Positions 11,801-26,635 of a stretch of 64,000 bases of DNA are shown here, piece by piece. The notes beneath the pieces were generated by a model. It saw only the letters and a list, made by a program, of their open reading frames with translations. It made no database searches and was not told where the DNA came from. Source of the DNA: Hydrolagus affinis (taxonomy: Eukaryota); NCBI GenBank assembly GCA_012026655.1, contig JAAILG010001053.1, positions 1-64,000 of the forward strand. The letters run 5' to 3'. How positions within the stretch are numbered: the stretch's first letter is position 1; each line of letters starts with the position of its first letter. The position numbers were made by a program, and so were the translations under genes.

Positions 11801-13774
11801 TTTTTACTTTATTTTGTGCTTTCTTATTATTAGGTGGGGTTTGGTATCTTGGACTTTGGAGTCACTTTGCCCTCATGCTTCCTGCTCTGTTCTGCTGAAA
11901 AGCTGCTCTACTTTCAGACACATGGATTCTTTCACAAGTCATGAATTCCATGCATCCCTGTACTGTGGGCCCTCGGGGAACCACTCTCACCGTCACATCT
12001 CTTTTATCCATTTGTTCTCTTTATCCTTGCACCCTGTTTTATTATTCTTTTACTCATTCATTCCCATTAGTTTTCCTCTTTTTAAACTTGAACCCAAAGA
12101 AATTCTTCCTCTGATACTGCGTATGTCTTCTTTACTGTTGGTGCTGTTCTGAAAAAAAGTTTATTGCCTCTAATAATGGAACGTAACTACAAGCTGGTGC
12201 TGGGCACAAGGTCATCTTATTTTAGCCATCCGAGACCTTCCCAGATTCCTACCAAGCATACCAAGTATATGCATGAGGCAAGCTTTGGGTCACCAAATCA
12301 GATTAAGGATGATATGAACACCCTTTAAAAACTTCATCCAGGAGAAACATTGTAACAGTCTATACAAGCATCCTGGATAGATATGATGCAAACCAAAGGT
12401 AGATACAGATTTGGCACATGGCTGGAGCTTGCGGATGATGTATCACAAGTATACATTTTAGCATGTTGCCATATTAACCTGGAACCCTCTCCAAGGTACT
12501 ACTTGAAGCAAAAGGTGAAGAGACACTCAGATTTTCCAAGCGGAGGCACAGCACAGGGATCAGAGACACTTGTTGTGGGAATGTACTCTCTCTCCTCTTG
12601 GCTTATAGTAGAAAACATTGCTGAGGGGTCAGTTAAAAGCTGGTTCAACCCATTAGTCTGCTAGGTGGCTTGCTCCCAAAAGCCCAATCTCACTTGGAGC
12701 CAGGAAAATTACTTCAGTACATTATCGAGAGTGAAAAATATCACAGTTTGTGAAAACATCAAGGGTGGATTAAAAACAGGTCCTAAACCAGATCTGCTCT
12801 GATCTCAGTGTCTCTTATACTTGACACTAGCAACCACTTCTCTGATCACAAGTGTACATGTTGTGCATACAAAAGAAAACCTTACACTGAATTAATTAAT
12901 TTATCCATCCATTATTCTGTGTGCATGTAATTTCTTTAATACCCATCCTTTATCCGCATTGAGATGTATAATGGGAAGGACACCAGTTCCCAACCTAATG
13001 AAGCATTGCAGTCAGGAAGATGAGAAGAAATTAAGCTACAATACAACAAGCAGTTATTGTACTTTAAACGTTGACCGTTCTAAAGACTTAAGATTTCTAC
13101 AGTTTTGAGTAAATGCAAATTCTGTGACAATATTCAGTTATGCAAATACATTTTTGTCTGAAAAAGGCTAGTGTTTGAAAATTCATTTCATGATGCATTT
13201 CCAATGATCTAAACTGCAAAACTGAATTGAAGCCCTTAATGGCATCTTATTCCTTCATTTGTCCTCATCTGAATGGGGACACTTCATTAGGTGGGGAATT
13301 GGTATCCAAGCATTATGAGGCTCAGTGGGGATAGAGAACAGGGTTATGAACCACAAGAGCAGAACGACACATTGCAAGACTGGCAGATGGAAGGAGGGAA
13401 TGTAGTCCACACACTGGATCAGTGCTGTTCTCTTCCACACAGACAGCCCAAGCCACTCGCTCTTCCACCATCATTACGTGACAGCCCAGAGATACACGTT
13501 TAAACACAGATGGTGAATGGGTCAATTAACTCTAGAGCTTGGAACAAATGATTCTACTAAAAGGGTTAGCCCCACAGTGCACCCATAGTGATCCAATACA
13601 ACAGTGATAGTGCCACCTGTTCAACTGTACTCTAAGAATAAGTGGAAGCTCAACTTTTGAAAAACAAATCAACATAGAGATAGCGGTGCTTTACATACAA
13701 TTGCTGGAAAGCTGCATTCGCTAAAGAAAGTCATAAAAAGGGAAAACATGTCAGCATTACACAAAACTCACTCA

Positions 13775-14083
<309 letters not shown>

Positions 14084-14714
14084 CTAGGTCTAGCCTGGAT
14101 GTGATGAAAGCTGATGCTGCTGTTTCATCCCTCGTACAGCTGGACGGAGCGGCTTCAGCAGCAGTTACAGACTCTAACCGCTTAGGGAATCATACCAAAC
14201 TCTGCAAAGAACGCAAGGTTATTCCAGGAATTAGGAACTTTAAGTCATGCCAGACATGTGGAACCACATGTGTGCAGCAGCAACCAAGCACAAGGAATTC
14301 TCTGTCACATCATCAATACGGCTGAAATGATCATCGTCCATTCTCTCCCTTTGTTGTTGTTATTATTTGTTCCAACTCACTGTTATCATGTTCCTACGGT
14401 GCAACCAAAAACCAGGGATTCTTCAGCCAGGCTAGAATCTCAGTAAAACTAACTCATCACATTGACCAGAAAGGTAAATCCTGACCTGACAGGCATGAAT
14501 GATCACTGTAAGCAATTAGTTTATAAATCTGCTGCTGTTGTGAAACACTTTGCCAGGCAACAGCTCTTTCAGATTTTATTCACATCAATATTACTTTGTT
14601 ACCAAGAAGGTGTCACGAATACGAAAAATATGATGACCCATTAAAAGTTTGAAGTTGTTTTAAAGCAAGAACTTCCCAGTAATCGGTTTATGTCACAGTG
14701 CCAGTTACAGTTCA

Positions 14715-15105
14715 CCTTTAAAGCCCTCCATTTGTCCCACCCTACCTATGCAACCTCCTAACCCCCTACCAACCTGCCCGCTCCCTCTGCTCAGTGGGCT
14801 CCAGCCTGCTCCATGTCCCCCAATCCACCCACCACACCTTTGGCGGGCGAGCCTTCAGCCACTCTGCCCCAAACCTTTGGAATTCCATCCCACAATTCCT
14901 ACACTTACCCAATCCCTAGCCTCCTTCAAGTCCCACCTCAAGACCCCCCTCTTCAATGGTCCCATTGGTCACCCGAAATCCCCTCCTTTCCCTCCACCCT
15001 CCCCGTCCCGACCCCAGCTCGGGTCTGAAACATTGACTGTCCAACAACTTGGAACATTCTGCCAACGTGAAAGGCGCTATACAAATGTAGTTTTATTATT
15101 GTTGC
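14715..15105 (+). mobile_element. L2 3' fragment
   Basis: Colinear with 6370-6757; (TTA/TTG)n tail. Confidence 0.85.
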
Positions 15106-18100
15106 TACATTGAACCACTAACAGAAACGGTTGTACTGTGCAACTTGGGTCTCTTTGTGAGAGAGATGCAGTCACAGTAACCTCTCTATTGTTCTGCAGG
15201 CAAAACAAAATCTACAGTGTTACACTTCAAACAACTGCCACTCTGTCTTGCCCTTCCCTTGCCTCCTTCAAAGCCTGTCTCAAGACCTTCCTCTTTGACA
15301 GCACCTTTGATAATCTTCCCACCACTACCACCCTTTCCTTCCAGCCCTCTTGACTCCAGCCCACAGCGCAGGTGCAAAACCAATGACTGTCCAGCTCCTT
15401 GGGACATCCTTCCATTGGGAAAGGCTCTATAAAAATGCAAATTTATTGTTTATTGCCCAATTTCATGTTGGTTTCACTGATTTCAAAGCAAACAATACTG
15501 CATATAATTGTATATTCAGAGCAGGATAGGAAGGTAACAGGTATGTGATACACGATACACTTGGTCTTTGTACAAACAATAAATTTGAAAAAAAATTTGT
15601 ACAATATGTATTGCTGCACAAAAGCGCAGAAGCATTGAAATGTGAGGTCAAGTGAAGTAACCCAGGTAATCTGTGGTCCTGGCTAATAAACCCCCAGATA
15701 AATTGGTCATTCAATTCATGGCTATTTGCGAGAAATTGCTGTGCACAAATTGGTTGCCCTCATTCACCTACAAACATAGTCATTACCTTTACAATAAGAA
15801 TTTTGTGAAGCACTTCAAGACATTATAAAATGCTATATCAATTGTAAGGATTATTTAGGATGATATAGTCTGTGAAAATAACGACCGTGGGAACTGAATC
15901 AAAGTTATTTGTCAGCTGTGTAAGAGGCAGTTAAAACATTCCAGGTTAAGTCTGATCTTGGCCGGATAGGTCCTTGTACAGTTGCTCCATCAGGGTATAT
16001 ATGAGCAAGTGTGTCTATCGGAAAGCTGTTTGCGCGCAATGAAACTGCACAAGCTGAGAATGGGCAATAATTGCCAGCCTGCCTACTGAACGGACTTGGA
16101 GCATGGTGCAGCACTCTCTTCTGCTAACCAAACTGAAAGCATCATTACTAAAACTAATAGTACTTGCATTTGATATAGCACCTTTTCATGCCTTCTAGAT
16201 GTCTCAAAAGCGCTTCACCGAATATACTGTAAACAATCGACTGTATGTTGCCTTGGCAAAACACAGCAGTGTCCCACAAACAGTCATGGATCAAGTGACC
16301 AAATTATTATTTTTTTGAACAAATTAGTTGGAAAAGCAATCCGCCAAGCGACTAACAACTGGGATTCTACTTACTGCTAGGTAAACACGGGAGTGTGGAG
16401 TAAGGAAACTTAGTCCAGTCACAGAACGATGAAAGGTGTCCGATTACATGGCCCAATACAATCGCTCTTCACGCTAAATATACCTCCTGACCAAATTAGT
16501 ACTTATTAGCCACGGCAATGGAGCACTGGTGTAGGGTGACATTAATAAAACCTGCCCACTCCCTAACCACTCCACTTGATACCAGTGTGTGTCAACAAAT
16601 CCACTGCCCAGGGAGAGGGCTCAGGAAGCAGTACATTCCAATCCGGGTGCGAATTTCCTCTGAACTGTTCCATCAACAATGTAGCACTGTAAGAAGTTCA
16701 CTGAAGACCAATTATTACCACAGCAGTCAATGTCAATGTGCTATAAACCAGGGATATTAATTAAGTCCTTCAAAAAAATAATAAATTGGTCACTTCAACC
16801 AACGACTGTTTGTGAGACACTGCCGTGCAAAATTAGCTGCCACATTTCGCCCACAAAATATAGTCAATTCACTTTGCGGTATGTTCTGTGAAACGCTTTT
16901 AGACTTCTCGAAAACGTCTTAAGGCGCTATATCAAGTGAAGGATTATTAATATATTATAAATGATAGGGCTGTGTTAACAAAACTCTGAGATCCTTTGGA
17001 CTGGATCCATTCATTCAAATTTGTGATTTCACCTGTGCGCAGACTATGCTGGGGGAACTGAGAAAGTGCTGCACTCTAAGAAATGATCTGGCACAATGTT
17101 TGCAAGGCCCATGGGCTAATCTGTTCAATGTTTGGCTAGAGTGTGAAAAGTAAACCTATTCTGGAATAGGAGACCAAGTCTGAAATGAAGCCATCCTCTT
17201 GTTCAGGATCAGTGTGTCCACTGTACATGCAAATACAAAGACATGGAGAGAAAAGCAATACAAGAGACTTGCAACCGGGCCTGAGCAGTGGTTTAATGGA
17301 TTTCTTTGGTCTTGGAAGTTAATCCTTTCACCCATTCACTCAATTGGATAAAGCAGGATGCCAGGCACAGAGTAGCTTTCGAGAACACTCATATTCTCTT
17401 CATGCAGCTGAGTTGAGTTCCACAAATCCTCCCCTCTCCACTCTGGCTTCCTCTACAATTTCAGCTCTATTTGTGGCAAGTTTGATATGTTCCTCCTCCC
17501 GACTGCGCGGGCAGCCACGTTCTTAAAATGAGCTCTGCCCCGAATGCAGAGATGGGGTACAAAGAGACTCTTACAATCAGATTGGGAATAGAAATTCTCC
17601 AAGTGGACACCAGTTATCTAGGTGTCAGCCTGGCTCAGTTGGTAGTTAAGTTACAAGGAAAGGATTATTATTAATCTGTCCAAGATTGGTCAACCAGATT
17701 CCTTGATCTAACGGAGCTGGACATAAACCAAAATGTATTTCTGGGGACAGAAACAGGAATGAGTTACTGCGCGGTCTTGGCTTAGTCATAAGTTATTTCG
17801 CTTCAACCCATGCTTCAGGTAAATACTAAATGAAAGATACATTAGAGTAAAGGGCTAGGAGGGAATCCAGTCACTGGCTTCACCATACACTGGTGGAATT
17901 AAATCCAGTCTCTCTTGTTACTGGATAACCACCGATTGATTGGCCACAGATAAACTAAAAGCATCACATCGCATCTCCTCTAACTACTAGAGCTTTGTTA
18001 GTAACTTTACAATTGGAAGTTGGAATGATTTAAACATGCACATTGTTAATCTAAGTGACGACGCTATGTAAATGAAAATAATTGTTATTAATAATAATAA

Positions 18101-19534
18101 TAAGCCTTGCATTTGATATAGCACTTTTGACGTCTTCTAGACGCCTCAAAACGCTTCACAGAATATACTGTAAAGTGAATTGACTGTATACTTCTGGGCA
18201 AAACACAGCAGCCAATTGCGCACAGCAGCGTGCCCAACAAACAGTCATGAATTGTGTCATAAAATTAATATTGGGGTTTTTTTGGGTGGGGGAGGGATTA
18301 TTATCAGGTGTGGGATGCTTGGTGAAAGCCTTTGACAAGAGAATGGAATCCGATTCTGTCCACATCCATTTTAATGTCCTTGCTTAATGTTTGTAAGTTA
18401 TTTAGAGCGATCAACTCAGGAGTTGGACTAAGACTTACACACTTGCTCTGTATGATTAGAAAAGGTAATTGTGGTTAGAGGGTGTTGTTAACTTGGGAGG
18501 GAGCGAGCTGAAGGGGCTCCAAGATCAAGCTCCAGAGGTTGGGGACATAAAGGCTGAATGTCCAATGGTTATTTTATGTTATTATAATTCTTGTGTAAGA
18601 AGGTGAAGAGCTGAGCCTCGAAGCGGGCTTGCCCGACATCTGGAGTGGGTAATATCTTTCAACAGTACAGAAAAAAATAAAGTATTATATTGCAGAAAAA
18701 TGTAAGTAGATGACAAACCTATCAAATCCATCTGTTTTGAAGCTTCGGAGAATGGTTTTGCCAAGTAACTCCCACTGGATGAGAGTAATTTAAATTTTCT
18801 GTCTCTGTTCACATGGCAGCAAGACACTGTTCCAGCATGAAGTGTACTTGGCTGTGCTCATGCAAACATCCTGATCTAATTATCTGCTGTTATGCAATAG
18901 CTGGACTATGGAAACTTCAAAATATTTACCAAGCATCAGCTTTGCAGTTTGACCTCGCCTGCATCTCTGCGCTGTGCTCAGGGCATGAAAGACAAACACT
19001 GGTTTTGTTACCTCGGCCCTGCCATCCCCTACAGGCAGATGGGTTCAGAACCATGAAATCTGTACTGTGCCTCCATAACAATGGGGGAAGAGGGCAAATC
19101 TCTTAATTTTAGTATTTTGACTCAGATTTAAAGAACCACAGATTTTGTAAGCATACAAGGCTCGAATGCTGGAATCCAGGGAAAAATTTCATCTTACAGC
19201 ACTGACTGGGGTAATGCACTGACAGAATCACGCTGAGATGTATATAGATAAGAGACAGGATAAATGCTGCATCTCGGCTTCCCATTATTCTCGATTTCAG
19301 TTTTGTAGTCTCGATGGTAATTACTGATGACAAAGCTTTAGAAGGGCTGGCTGTGCCCCGTGCAGTCACAAAATCTACCGACAGCCAGAACTGTGATCAC
19401 AGTGCTGGTGGAGCTTGCTGAAGATACGTAGATACCCAGAAGCGAGGAGGAAGATAAAAGTAGAAAATTTCAGACCACCTCCTGCGGAAACAGATCAAGA
19501 AAAATCCACCATCTCCTTTTACATTTGGTTTCAT

Positions 19535-19856
19535 CTGGCTCAGGGGTAGCACTCACGCCTCTGAGTCAGAGATGTGTGGGTTCAACCCCCTAGTCGAGAC
19601 TCCGAACTCCAATATTCCAGGCTGACACTCCAATATAATGCTGGGGGTGCACACTGCTGCATTGTTGGAGGCCTTGTCCTTTAGATGAGATGTTAAACTG
19701 TGATCTCCCTGCTGAGGTAGATTTTAAGGATAGCACTATTTGAAAAGAGAAGGGAGATTCATGACTATTTGCAGGACATTGAGGTGCACAAGTTGGCTGC
19801 CACTTTCACTATAAAATACACAGTCACTATACTTTATAATAAAATCCTGTGAATTA
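19535..19856 (+). mobile_element. Old Deu-domain-like SINE remnant
   Basis: tRNA-like head (GGCTCAG...GCACTCACGCCTCTGAGTCAGA...GGTTCAA), then GCTGCATTGTTGGAGG...TTTTAGATGAGATGTTAAAC resembling the DeuSINE core as recalled. Related copies at ~7190-7445(-), 30470-30745(-) and 50500-51020(+). Confidence 0.6.
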
Positions 19857-19972
19857 AGGTAGAAGCACTAATTTATATACATGTGGATAAAACAGTTAAC
19901 AACAAAAACAACAACAAATTACACTTGTAACATGCCTTTCAAGTCATGAGTTAAAGTGTTCATTCACACATA

Positions 19973-21136
19973 CAGGTAAGCCTCTATTTATGATGCTTCT
20001 ATTTAGGACATTTTGATTGAAGGAACATAATTTTTTAACACTTTTTGATTGATATAGGACACTTGGATTAGTTTTAACGAACAATTTTTTTTTGACGCAT
20101 GCGCAGTACATGTTTTGAATATCGCGGTCGCATTTTGCGCGTCCTTTTTGTCCATACGCACAGTCCATAGGTATTCGCGGGTAAATCCAAGCGTTTGAGC
20201 CAATAGCATGTCGCCACGTCATTGTTTAAAAGCCATCTGATTTTGAAGTGACACCACGCTACGTCAGTATTACAGTAATTTCCGAACATTCCCAAGCAAC
20301 TTCGAGTGATTTACAGCCTCTACTACGCTTCCAGCAAGTCGGGAACAGACAGCAGTAAGTGAAATAAGCAGCGGTAATACCGCTAGTGGCCAGAAACCCA
20401 GCAAAGTCAGCTCTTTAAATATGAAATTGGAGGTGATAAAGCGCATCGAGTCTGGTGAAAAAGGTACGGACATCGGGAGGGCTTTAGGGCCATCGACGCT
20501 GGCTACTATAAAACAGAATAAGGACAATATACTGGCAAGTTCAAGGTGTGTTACAGCTACAGGTGCAAGCAGATTAGCAAAACATAGGAGTGATGTGATG
20601 GAAAACATGGAAAGACTGCTGAGTGTCTGGATCAGAACCAGCATAATATACCACTCAACACCCTGGTTATCCAAAAGAAGGCAAAATCATTGTTTAGGGA
20701 GTTAAATGATCAGGAAGAAGAAGGCTCAATGCCACCATCTTTCAGTGCTAGCAGAGGGTGGTTTCAAAGGTTTAAAAGATGCTATGGGCTCCACAACATC
20801 AAGATGAGTGGGGAAGCTGCAAGTGCCATTGCCACTGTCACACTGGCAGTATTAAAGTTTGCCAGTAGTGTACTGTATTAAAGTTTGCCAGTATTAAGTA
20901 CAATATTGTACAATGTTGTACAAGTACCCCTTCTTGCCTAAGTGTGTTAATTTGTGTGTTATGTTGTGTGGTTTTGTGTGTTATTTAGTGGGTTTAAGGT
21001 CTGAAAATTTTGTGAAAAGAACGCATCTCTGGTTATATAATGGGACCGCATGGGAAATCGCGTTTCGATTTCGGACGTTTCGATCTAGATACAGTTTTTC
21101 AGGAACGCAACCCCATCCTAAATAGAAGTTTACCTG
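19973..21136 (+). mobile_element. Internally deleted Tigger/pogo (Tc1-mariner superfamily) DNA transposon
   Basis: TA target duplications at 19971-2 and 21137-8. ~23-bp TIRs CAGGTAAGCCTCTATTTATGATG / CATCCTAAATAGAAGTTTACCTG. Contains a transposase N-terminal remnant. Confidence 0.92.
20421..20830 (+). pseudogene. Frameshifted Tigger transposase N-terminus (psq HTH + CENP-B HTH); DDE domain missing
   Basis: KLEVIKRIESGEKGTDIGRALG..STLATIKQNKDNI...MERLLSVWI, then a frameshift, then QNQHNIPLNTLVIQKKAKSLFRELN...FSASRGWFQRFKRCYGLHNIKMSGEAASA. These are typical pogo/Tigger motifs. Confidence 0.9.
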
Positions 21137-24100
21137 TACAACACATTTAGAGAGAGCTAGATCAATATCTGGCTAGGAACACGACTGAAGGTGATGAGAA
21201 TGAGAGCATAGAGATACACACACGCTGATCAGGAAACAATCATCTCTAAGAAGTCAATTGTTCCAATGTGTGTGAGTTGTACCTTTTTCTCTAGTTTAGA
21301 ATCAGTGTTTGGGGGTGTGGGTGAGGGGTGTAGAGTGGGGACTTTTCGGGAAGAGGGAGGGGGAAGAACAGGAGAAAAGAAATACAGAAATGAAATAGGT
21401 TACAAATAAAATTGATTTGTAGACAAATATGGCAGCTAAAGTAAGCCCACAAACAAAACAACCAATTCAGGGCTTTTTTTTGTGAATTTCCTGCTCCTCT
21501 TCAAAATGTTGATGGTTTAGCTGCTGTGTAATGAATCCACAACTCAGTCCATTTTACATGGACTAACCTGAACAATGAACAGGTTTAAGAATCGATGATC
21601 TGCTATTTTTACGCTTTATATCCCTCTCTGATCAGTGTTCTCCCCACAATGCAAAGGTGCTCCCCATTCGAGAGCCAAAGGGCGATGGAGATCAAAGATG
21701 CTTATCTTGTGTTGTTCTGTTAACTATTAAATGAAAAGTTTCCTAGCTATCCTCACTCAACCAGTTCTTAATCTCAGTGCCCTGAAACAATACATCCAAA
21801 TAGAGCATCATTGCTCAAATTAATTCAGTGACAGTTCTTATATGGAAGTGATTTGACAGCTTCAGTAGAGCTGTGCTTGTTAACCATAAGCACCATCGTC
21901 ACATCTAGGAAATGCCCCATTCTGGTCACTCATGCCTTTCAGACACAGCAGACTTTAGGCAACTTTCTGTAAACTTTCCAAGTCACTTGAATAAAGAGCT
22001 GCCCTCACTTTCGAGGTTCTACTGTAGTGCAAGGCCTTTTCTTATGGCCCATCACATCACCTCCTGTGATTGAAGATCTACTTAGTAGCAGGGTTATTTT
22101 TCCTTCCTGCTCTTCTCCCTTGAAACTACGATCTCTTTTGGTTAAACAGTTCCACAGGTACTATCCTTCACGTGCAAGCTCATACAATGAAGGAGACTGA
22201 ACAGTGTGGGCATCACATCTAATCCTGAAGGAATGGATCCAATTCTAACGTCACAAACTATCCTCTGGTTCCTTGCCCAAGTGGTCATTCGTTACACATG
22301 AGCCATCAGGAGGTTATTTGCAAGTGAGACACATCAGCATTTCACCCAGAGGTCACAGTAAGAGCACTTACCAGCTTAGTGATCAGGAATAAAACACCTG
22401 AAAAATTCTCTCTCTAACTCAGAGATTGCAAAGCCAATAACATGGCCCTCAAACTGACAGTTAGTTACCTCTAAAACCTATTTGCTTTTTTTTTCCTCAT
22501 CCAGCATTCCTACTTTAGTTTAACCTGCCTGTGCGTCCATTTCAGGAGCAGAGACGGTGCAATGAAGCGGGAGATAACTTCTTGGCAATCTAAACACGTG
22601 AGGCACCTTCTTAAACCACAAGTGGCGAGAACAAACCCCCTGATGCCCCTCTGTGAGGTCACCCTGCAATACTGCCAGGTAACCAGCACTGCAAACAGCA
22701 GCACTTCATCACAGAAGAAAAACAAAACCCCACCTTTGCAGACCCATTTTCTTTTTAACAAAACAAGATTGCCAATGAGGGAGGTATTTTGACACACAGA
22801 CCTTCACATTAAAATTGTGGTTTCTTTAAAACCAATACATACCTCTTCACTCAGCTCAAGATGAACAAAGCTAGTCACGTATAAATTCTAAAAAGCTCAA
22901 CGTGACTCACAGTGAGTAAGAGATGTAGGAGATGGAGCGACGGTTAGCTGAATTACTAAGTGTCGCCTAGTATTCAAGGCTAGAAGCTCCCGTGTTATTG
23001 CCACCAAGCTCATTGGTTTTGTTTTGGCCACAAAGACAAGGGTGGTAAAAATTGTGATCAAAGTGATAGCCACCCTTATACTATCAACCTCAAACCCTTC
23101 ACCAGAGCATCAATGAGTGCTGACATACTCATTGATATACACACACACACACAGTTAAGTATTTTTAGCAAGCACTTCCTGGAGGCTACGCCAGCCACAA
23201 GCAACCGGTCTGGATGGCAAGGTGTCATGTACACTGCGCCCCTCTCCCCAAGAGTTCACAAAACAGTAGCACAGCGCTCTCAAGTGATTTTACATAGAGT
23301 GACTGACAGAGTGCTTGCCCAATGAACTTCCACATTGAAGTCTAGATGAACAATTTCAACCAATTACTGCATTATGCACCATCCGTCAGCCAGTATTCTA
23401 GCTAAAGCACAATATGGGGGAAGGCTGAGAGTCTACAGAAACATTTCTAGTGGGTTAAAAAACAAGCCGAAATTTCTCCATATCCTAAACTCCAGTGAGA
23501 TCAAACACACACACCCTACGGAGAGAGAAAGAGAAGGGGAGGGTGTGAAAGTGGAGCTTGGTGTAGCAAGCTTACTGTACAGATGTGCTGCTATGTGCTG
23601 AGAGGATTGCACACAGCTGTTTTACTGTAGTTCCCTAGAAGTTAATGGTTCATTCTCACTCTGGGAGGAACTTGCCTTCACAACACCAGTGTTTGTTGCA
23701 GTACTTTAGCAAGTCCCCCTCCCCGAGGCACTACTCTACTCCAAGACAACCCGCACTATCCTCTCCAATAACCGCTGCCCAATGTTTACTTGAGGTTGCT
23801 GATGACAACCCTCCCAGAGCTGCTGTTGCATTCCTACACACAGCATAAGCAGATAGATATTTAATAACAAGCGGTCCAGTTAACGTCGCCAGTGTTTGAG
23901 CCATCAGATAAACAGTTAAGTCTGAAAGCCCATCCCTCCCCAACCCTGTCTGAAAAAAAAACCTAAAATGCTGTGCACTGAAAATTCAAACTCAGATTGT
24001 TCAAACAACTTTTATAATGTGATCATTAATGGATATAACTCAAGCTTTCAATTGACAGTCTCCACTGTACAACGTGTTCCAGAACAGATCTAAAAGAGTC

Positions 24101-26314
24101 TGCCAGGGAGCGCACACAGCAGACAGATGTGTAACCTAAACACAAACAATATCAGTAGCTATTGGCGAGAAACCAGTCTCTAACCACTTATGGAAAGGAA
24201 GGTGAGGGAGTTCCTGTATCTGTGCTGTTATGCACTTCTTAGTTTTCAGGGAGAATGAACAAACTTGTATTTCTTAACAGCACGTGTCAAAACGTTTCAA
24301 AGTACTTCACAAGCCATTGATGTTGAGGGTAGTAACTATTTGTGAAGGCAAAAGAGACTTAAGTGCTATGAACAGCTGGGATTGACAACCTATTAAATTT
24401 GTTGACCAGGACTCACACACAACCACAAGTTCAGGAGGTCAGTCCATGGTTTTCACTCATACGCACGCGGGGCTTTGTATTTGTGAAATACGTGATGTCA
24501 TAGTTAGTCAGCAGTATGATACATACAACACAGGGAGGCCTGGAGCCCTCACTCTGATCTACATTGGAAACCGCAGGGATATCAGAACACACTGGCTTTA
24601 TGGCCATTTGTACTGTGTCGATATTCCAATGGGTAACTACTGCACAGAACCTTAGAAACCACCAAATTGCACTGGACGCTGCTGTATGTCCTCAGGGAAG
24701 GTTGGTTCCCTTATGGCAGCAGCGCATCATATTTCCATATTTCCACATATCTCAGCTTCCTATTAGTGAACACATGATAACTAAATTGTGAAGGAGGCCG
24801 CTTCTAACTCAGATCCAGTCAATCTGCAATTTAATTTTTTTTAAAAACATAATGATGTCACTGGTTTTATACGTTAGCCCATAGCACAGGCTGTATTTCT
24901 GTCGACTGGTTTTACTGTGGAAGATTGATTGCGTAGCATTATTAACCAGCGACATAAGCAGACAGCATGATCATTGGGGAATTCGATCAAGGACAAGGTA
25001 TTCTAAGAAAACACACACATAAGATCCTTAGAACAGTAAATCAAAGCCACAATACACTTCTTGCCACAGGGTCATTTAGTATGGAGATCTTTACTTTGTA
25101 CCAAGCTGAATTTCCTCTATTATATTTGGTTTGAATGGAAGGGGAATTTTTTTTTCAAATATTCTGAAAGCGTCAGAAAACCAGAGTCACACAGACTACA
25201 TTTGAAGCATAACGCAGAGAAATAGCAGTCATTGTGTTGGATGTTTAGAACAGGAGCCCACAAACATCCTTGGAGTGGAAAACTCAGCTCACACACGCAC
25301 ATTTCACTCCTTGCAGCTGGGAACAATGCGCTGGATTCAATGTCGATTAAACAAGTCCAATTCAGACCAAAGAATAGTGCCCTGTGCCCTTAATGAATCA
25401 CATTTCCAGACACTATTATCTGACATACTCCAGGTTTTCAGGTCTAACCCACTTAAACGATCACGGAAATAAGCACTTCCTTCTCAGTATTAACACCCTC
25501 GTCTCTCACAGCAGGCTCTGAAACTCCAGGACAAACACCTGGGCTGGAAGAGAATAATGTCCTCCCACCCCACTGCTGTACAGGGAGAATTTTTTTTCCC
25601 AAATACGAAAGTCTACCTTTTTTTAAAAACTAAAAAGAGCGTAAAAACTACCTGAGACTTGAATGCATTACCATGTCTACTGGACTCTCACTGTCTCTCT
25701 ACCCCCAGCCCCTCTCTTCAACAACAACTTGGATTTATATAGCACCCCTCACGCCTCGACTATCCTGGCTGAACTCTCTGTACTGGAGCGATCTCTGTAC
25801 TTGTTAAGGTCACACAGTGAGGATAGCTGATCCAGCGTCAGTTGAGCCTTGCACTCAGTCCTTAAACAAGCCTGGTTGCTTTCAGTCACCCAAGACGTCA
25901 ATCCACTTGTTCCAGAAATTGTGAAAAGACGCAACACCATCCAGCTGCCTCTCGATACCCTGTTAACTCATACCTCAACTCCATTCTGACAGGTAAACAT
26001 ATCACAACTTCCCGGCCAGTTTCAAAAAAAGTTTGGCTCAAAACTGCTGTTTCACAACAACAACAAAATAACATTTACAGAGCGCCTTTCACGTCGCGAG
26101 GATGTCTCAAGGTGCTGGTTTTATTGCTTTACGTTCATTTTGCTCCTATTTCAGAGAATGAGTGGCTGGGTTAGTAAACATCTCTGAGGCTGCAGTGTTC
26201 AATCCAACCTAATCGTCTTCGCATTCTTCCCCCTTCCTAACTCGGGTCAATAATGAGTGAACCACGCTGATACACAGGATCTGGGTTTCTATTTTTACAC
26301 ACTAATTACAATAT

Positions 26315-26635
26315 GACATGAGTCCCACGGACCAGGAATGCTCTGGGTTCAATCCCTGGTCTATTAGCCAATAATTAACCGATTCTAGTTAAGGTGCCAG
26401 CGGGAAATGCTGCAATTAGCCTTGGTGCCTCCTGGGCTGGGTGTCAGACAGGGGACAAAACATTTTATTTTAATCACTCGGTTCCTTCTCTGAATTGCTA
26501 ACAAACTGCCTTGCACTGGTATGTGTGGGTGGGGACAAGAACGGCCTCAGATGCCTCCCGTAGTCAAACTGCCTGCTCATGTTTACTGACACATAAAGGG
26601 CAACAGCCACTTGGGGCAAGGTGTTGGGGGTCTAA
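26315..26635 (+). repeat. Dispersed old SINE-like repeat (second family)
   Basis: ACCAGGAA...GGTTCAATCCCTGGTCT head and GCCACTTGGGGCAAGG 3' part. Diverged matches at ~1290-1560(-), 22110-22450(-), 33235-33330(-), 48310-48400(+) and 62040-62170(-). Confidence 0.55.

Noticed and set aside
20421-20881. Domesticated TIGD/CENP-B-like gene
   Set aside because: Frameshifted, lacks the DDE domain, and is still bounded by TIRs and TA TSDs, so it is a transposon relic.
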